Source: the human T2T-CHM13v2.0 reference genome, Homo sapiens
Length of the DNA: 64,000 nt
NCBI RefSeq assembly: GCF_009914755.1
Contig: NC_060947.1
Strand: one strand, 5' to 3'
The position numbers were made by a program, and so were the translations under genes. The notes beneath the pieces were generated by a model. The model worked only from the letters and a program-made list of their open reading frames with translations, had not been told where the DNA came from and searched no databases. Shown piece after piece: positions 59,576 to 64,000 of the stretch (positions are counted from its first letter, which is position 1; each line of letters starts with the position of its first letter).

Positions 59576-61005
59576 GGTAAGTTATAATGTGACTCATGTC
59601 CACTCATGTCATTGTCAGGCCCTTTAATATTTCTTCAGAAGGAAATGTGTGCAAGTAAGATATTATTGCTTATTATCAATCAGTCCATTGATTAATCAAC
59701 CAATCAATCATTGAGTACCAAGTAGGTGCCTAGCACTATTCTAGTTGTTTCAGGAACAAAAGAAATGTAAGGCCCTGAGATATTTAAAAGTATATGAATG
59801 CAGATATATTTCCCATCTTAAACATGCAGCAGCTTCCCCATGGTGGCTTACTTTTGTTACAATAGGAAGTTATATGGTAGAGTGGAAAGAACATGGACTT
59901 TGGAGTCAGGCTGTCCTGAGTTTGAATGTGTATTACTAAAACTGTGCAAACCTGGAGAAGTCACAGCCCACCACTGCCCCTCACTCTCCTCATTTGTTAA
60001 GTTGGAATAATAATAATAATAGCAAAAGTATCTACCTTTATCTACCTTTCAGGGTTGTTCTGATAATTAAATGTTATCATTTACCTGGCATAGATAGGTG
60101 CCCAATAAATGCTAACTAGTATTGTAATGAATATGATATATGTTTAGGTCCAGTTGTTCAAGAGAGTATGGTAACTCAGGAAGGTTTAGCAAGCTTAGTA
60201 GGCAGCAGTATGGTGTAGGAATCCAGAGCAAGGGCTCCAAAATCCGACAGAATTTGAGTTGAATCCCAGCTGTACCACTTTAACTTGTTGGGTGACCTTG
60301 GACAGATTGCTAAACTTCTCAAGTCTCAGTCTTTTCATCTCTCAAGTGGGGATAACGGAATCTACCACAGAGAACTGTTGGCACAACTTAATGAGATGAT
60401 GACTGGAAAGAACTAGTGTACCACCTGGCACAAAACACTATTTGGTCACGTGTGAAGCTGTTAACATCTGTGCTATAAAACGCCATGGTCACTTTATAAA
60501 TTACTGTTATTGAGACATCCTTTTGCTTTCCAGTATTCACAGGTAAGAAAAACTGAGCCATTCTTTATTTCCATCTGTTTTTGTCATTTAAAAATAGCAT
60601 TCATAGCAGAGACCTAAGGATTACTTTTAAGAAGCACTTAAAGATTTTCAAGATAGTGCATCAAATTGCAGGAAGTCTATATTATTTTTCAGAGTAGAGT
60701 TGTAGATCTTCAGCAGTTACTCCTCCAGATACTAATGTACTAAGTAATCTACTGTTTGAGGGGTTTTCAGAGAAAAGGTACTTTGTAAATATATAAAATT
60801 GCTTACACTGAAATAAAATAAATCCTTTAGGTACTCTGAGATTATGTACACTAATATTTTATATATACGTCCAACTGCTAATATGATTCTAAAGGAAAGG
60901 AAAGAAAATACAAGATCAAGAGTGCACTTTTCAAATGCATTTTGTAGAAAACAAAGACTAAAAATTTTTACTGTATTAAAGCACTGCATTAAGAATTCTC
61001 AAGTT

Positions 61006-61328
61006 CATGTCCTTTGTAGGGACATGGATGAAATTGGAAATCATCATTCTCAGTAAACTATCGCAAGAACAAAAAACCAAACACTGCATATTCTCACTCA
61101 TAGGTGGGAATTGAACAATGAGAACACATGGACACAGGAAGGGGAATATCACACTCTGGGGACTGTTGTGGGGTGGGAGGAGGCGGGAGGGATAGCATTG
61201 GGAGATATACCTAATGCTAGATGACGAGTTAGTGGGTGCAGCGCACCAGCATGGCACATGTATACATATGTAACTAACCTGCACAATGTGCACATGTACC
61301 CTAAAACTTAAAGTATAATAAAAAAAAA
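61006..61328 (+). mobile_element. 5'-truncated L1PA2
   Basis: Young L1 3' end with GAG at the ACA/ACG/GAG diagnostic (gctagatgacgagttag) and aaaacttaaag; 15-bp TSD aagaattctcaagtt at 60991-61005 and 61329-61343. Confidence 0.92.
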
Positions 61329-61424
61329 AAGAATTCTCAAGTTAAGTTTCTGAAAATAAACACTTTTTTTGAAATGGAATAAAAAGATTGCACTGGAAGC
61401 AGAGTCATGGAGGAAACAGAAGAA

Positions 61425-61615
61425 AGCTAACATTCATTGACCATCAGTCATATTACTTGATCTCATTTAAACCATGCAACAATCCCATGAGGTGGGTGGT
61501 ATTATCCCCATTTAACAGAAGAGAAAACTGAGGCCCGGAGAGGTGAAGTAACTTGTCTGAGAGCACACAGCAAGTCCGTTATCAAACCGAGGCCTATTTG
61601 ACTCCAAGCTCCATG
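61425..61615 (-). mobile_element. MIR (further MIRs at ~59870-60120 and ~60200-60430 on +)
   Basis: attatccccatttaacagaagagaaaactgaggcccggagaggtgaagtaacttg. Confidence 0.85.
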
Positions 61616-61694
61616 TTCATTCCAGATCTATCCCTTGTGCTGACACCAAAAATCTGAGTACTCCTGAATATGTCATTTACCTTATTCATGTCTT

Positions 61695-62140
61695 GTATCT
61701 GTTCAGTGGCATTTGGCTGCAAGTAGTAGAGTAACTCGCTAACACCAGTTTACACCATAAATACATCTAATTTTCTCACATAATAAAAAGTTTAGAAAGA
61801 TGTGGTTACAGGGAAGGGACCACAGGTCAGATCCCCAGTTCTATCTTTCCACTATGCTGCCTTCCATGGGCAGGAGATGTCTCTCTTAGTCTAAAATGTA
61901 CTTAGCAGCTCCAAGCATCACACTATCACCTGACAACCTCCAAAAATAGGAAGTGAATGTAGGGAAAATACTTTATATATGCCTCTCTCTTTGATCAGAG
62001 AGGGAAATCTTTCCCAGAAGTCCCCCAGTGAACTTCCCCTTGTTTCATTGACCCAACCTAGGCCACACAGACACCTATAAATACGGCAAGAGGAATGGGA
62101 TGACCATGCTTGGCTTGGACCAGTGATGATAATGACTAGG
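61695..62140 (-). mobile_element. Old MLT1 (J/K-like) LTR
   Basis: ttggctgcaagtagtagag...cagctccaagcatcaca...tttcccagaagtcccc...tgtttcattgacc. Confidence 0.65.
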
Positions 62141-64000
62141 GACACCTTCCTTGAGATCAAGAGCTCTTGCCTAGAAAGCCTGACACAAACAGGGTTCTGC
62201 TATCAAGTAGGACATAAAGACAGGAAGGCCAATGAGCAGGCACCGAACAGTGTTTGCCCCAGCCATCCATTTCTCTATCAACAAGTAAACACGTTGCTCT
62301 GGGCCACCTCTTAGTGAGATTGAGGAGAAGACTCTAGCTGCAGTTAAAAAACAAAGCAAAGCAAAAGCCTGAGACATATAAATACACATAATCAACACAT
62401 GCAGTGTTAGCTCAAACTCCCAAATAGCACTCCTTCCCCATCTCTCAAACTACACTTGTCTTTTTGTAAATTCTTTTCTCCATCAAAGCTGTCCTTGACA
62501 TTCCTTTTAAACTAATGTTTATAGATGGAGGTTCTAGGCATGGGAGGAGATAGATAGGTCCTTGTCCCTCTCTGGTCTCCCTCCTCTGTCCACCTCACCA
62601 TTGTAACATCTGATCTCAATCACTCTGGATTGATGAAATTATTTTGTCCCATGCTATTCATAGAAAGAAATAAGATACAGGGGAAATGATAGTCTGCTGC
62701 AGTAAGATAACAGATTCAGAATATTTTTTTCTATTTCATTTCTAAGATAATTATATTTAACCTCAAATCTATCACAATCAGAAATTTTTCGACCACATTT
62801 TGTATTGTGCTAAAAAAAATCAACAGTAGTCATATTTTTTAAAGCAGCTGTCAGATTTAATCTTGTAACAGTTTATTGACTCGAAACACCTTAAATAATG
62901 GTTTGGGGATCTGTACTGTAGCAAGAATCTTCATTTCTTATTTTGGATTCAATATTACAACATCAGCCTTCTACCTTAAGGAAATGTAGAAACCGAATGC
63001 TTTTCAAAATGTTTCATAACCTTTCTAAAATTGCAGCACTTTATTAAAATGGCATTTAAACTGTTTTTAAAATGTACCTTGGATTCTTGATAACACTATT
63101 ATTTTGATAACACATTGATTTATTTTCCTATCTGTATAGGAAATGCTGTGGGTTTTTTTCCACAAATTTTTCCAAAAGACTTATGGCAGGCCATCTTTAT
63201 CTCTCCAGTGCAGTGACTCAATCATCATTTCAACTTTTTCATCTTTTCTTTTAAAATGCTTATTGAATCAGGGAAAAAATTGAGCACCTAACTCTTCTGT
63301 ACAAGTGGCAACTCCATTTATCTCCTCAAAAAAACAAAAATGAAGTGGAGAAAAAGTAATTATCTTTGGAAGACAATCAGTACTCACTGTTGACTGCCAA
63401 TCTAGAATACCTCACCTCAACTTGGTCTCAACAGCCTTGGGGGAGGAAAGGCAAAAAGGCACTCAAATTATCAGAACTAATTGCCTCCTATTTGGCCTTG
63501 ATTTTGCCTTCATTTATGCATTTAGTCATCTGCTCACTCACTAAATGTGCCCCTCTTATGTGCCAGGCACTGACTGTTCAGGCACTAAGGAGATAACAAT
63601 GCACTAGACAAAGATCTCTGCCCTCAAAGAGCTTATGCACACTGTGTATTGGGAAAAACTGACATCATTCAATGAAAACACAGAGAGTAAAAGCATTAAA
63701 AAACTTTAAAGTGATCCCAGAGTGGTTCAACATCCTTAATGGATTGATGAAATCTCTGGGACCTAGAGGACCTAAAGTCATACAGCTGGTCCATGGGGCT
63801 GGATACAGAACCTATATCTCCCAAATAATCATTGCTAATGTTTACTAAGTGCACTGTGCTTTACATGTATAGGTTGAACCATACAAAATTGCTGTAATTT
63901 GATTGGTTTTCACCTACAGAAATGAGAAATTCAGAAAGTTCAGCCTATTTTTATCACATTAAATGCTCACAATTCTTTAAAGTCAATAATACATTATCTC

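Overview
Primate, almost certainly human, genomic DNA from the VGLL1 locus (Xq26.3 by recall of the gene). The first ~15.6 kb hold the 3' part of VGLL1 on the + strand: three coding exons (7337-7756, 9516-9569, 15199-15287) that splice in frame to the C-terminal ~187 aa, a poly(A) signal at 15526, and the intronic microRNA MIR934 (9626-9708). The remaining ~48 kb are intergenic and dominated by transposable elements: an L1MA element with both ends intact, L1PA2/L1PA16/L1M fragments, L2, MIR, ~15 Alus, MLT1/LTR16, Tigger3 and MER elements, plus Y1 and U6 retrocopies. I found no evidence of a new multi-gene system, and nearly all other ORFs in the track are repeat-derived or chance. The most notable unexplained structures are a Y1-Alu composite inside one target-site duplication, a 35-bp fold-back inverted repeat with templated AT-rich filler, a PATRR-like quasi-palindrome, a 136-bp tandem duplication beside MIR934, stop-free circularisable VGLL1 exons, a triple intronic hairpin, and a MIR-derived poly(A) signal. 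Repeat subfamily calls and boundaries are by eye from remembered consensus sequences and need Dfam/RepeatMasker confirmation.
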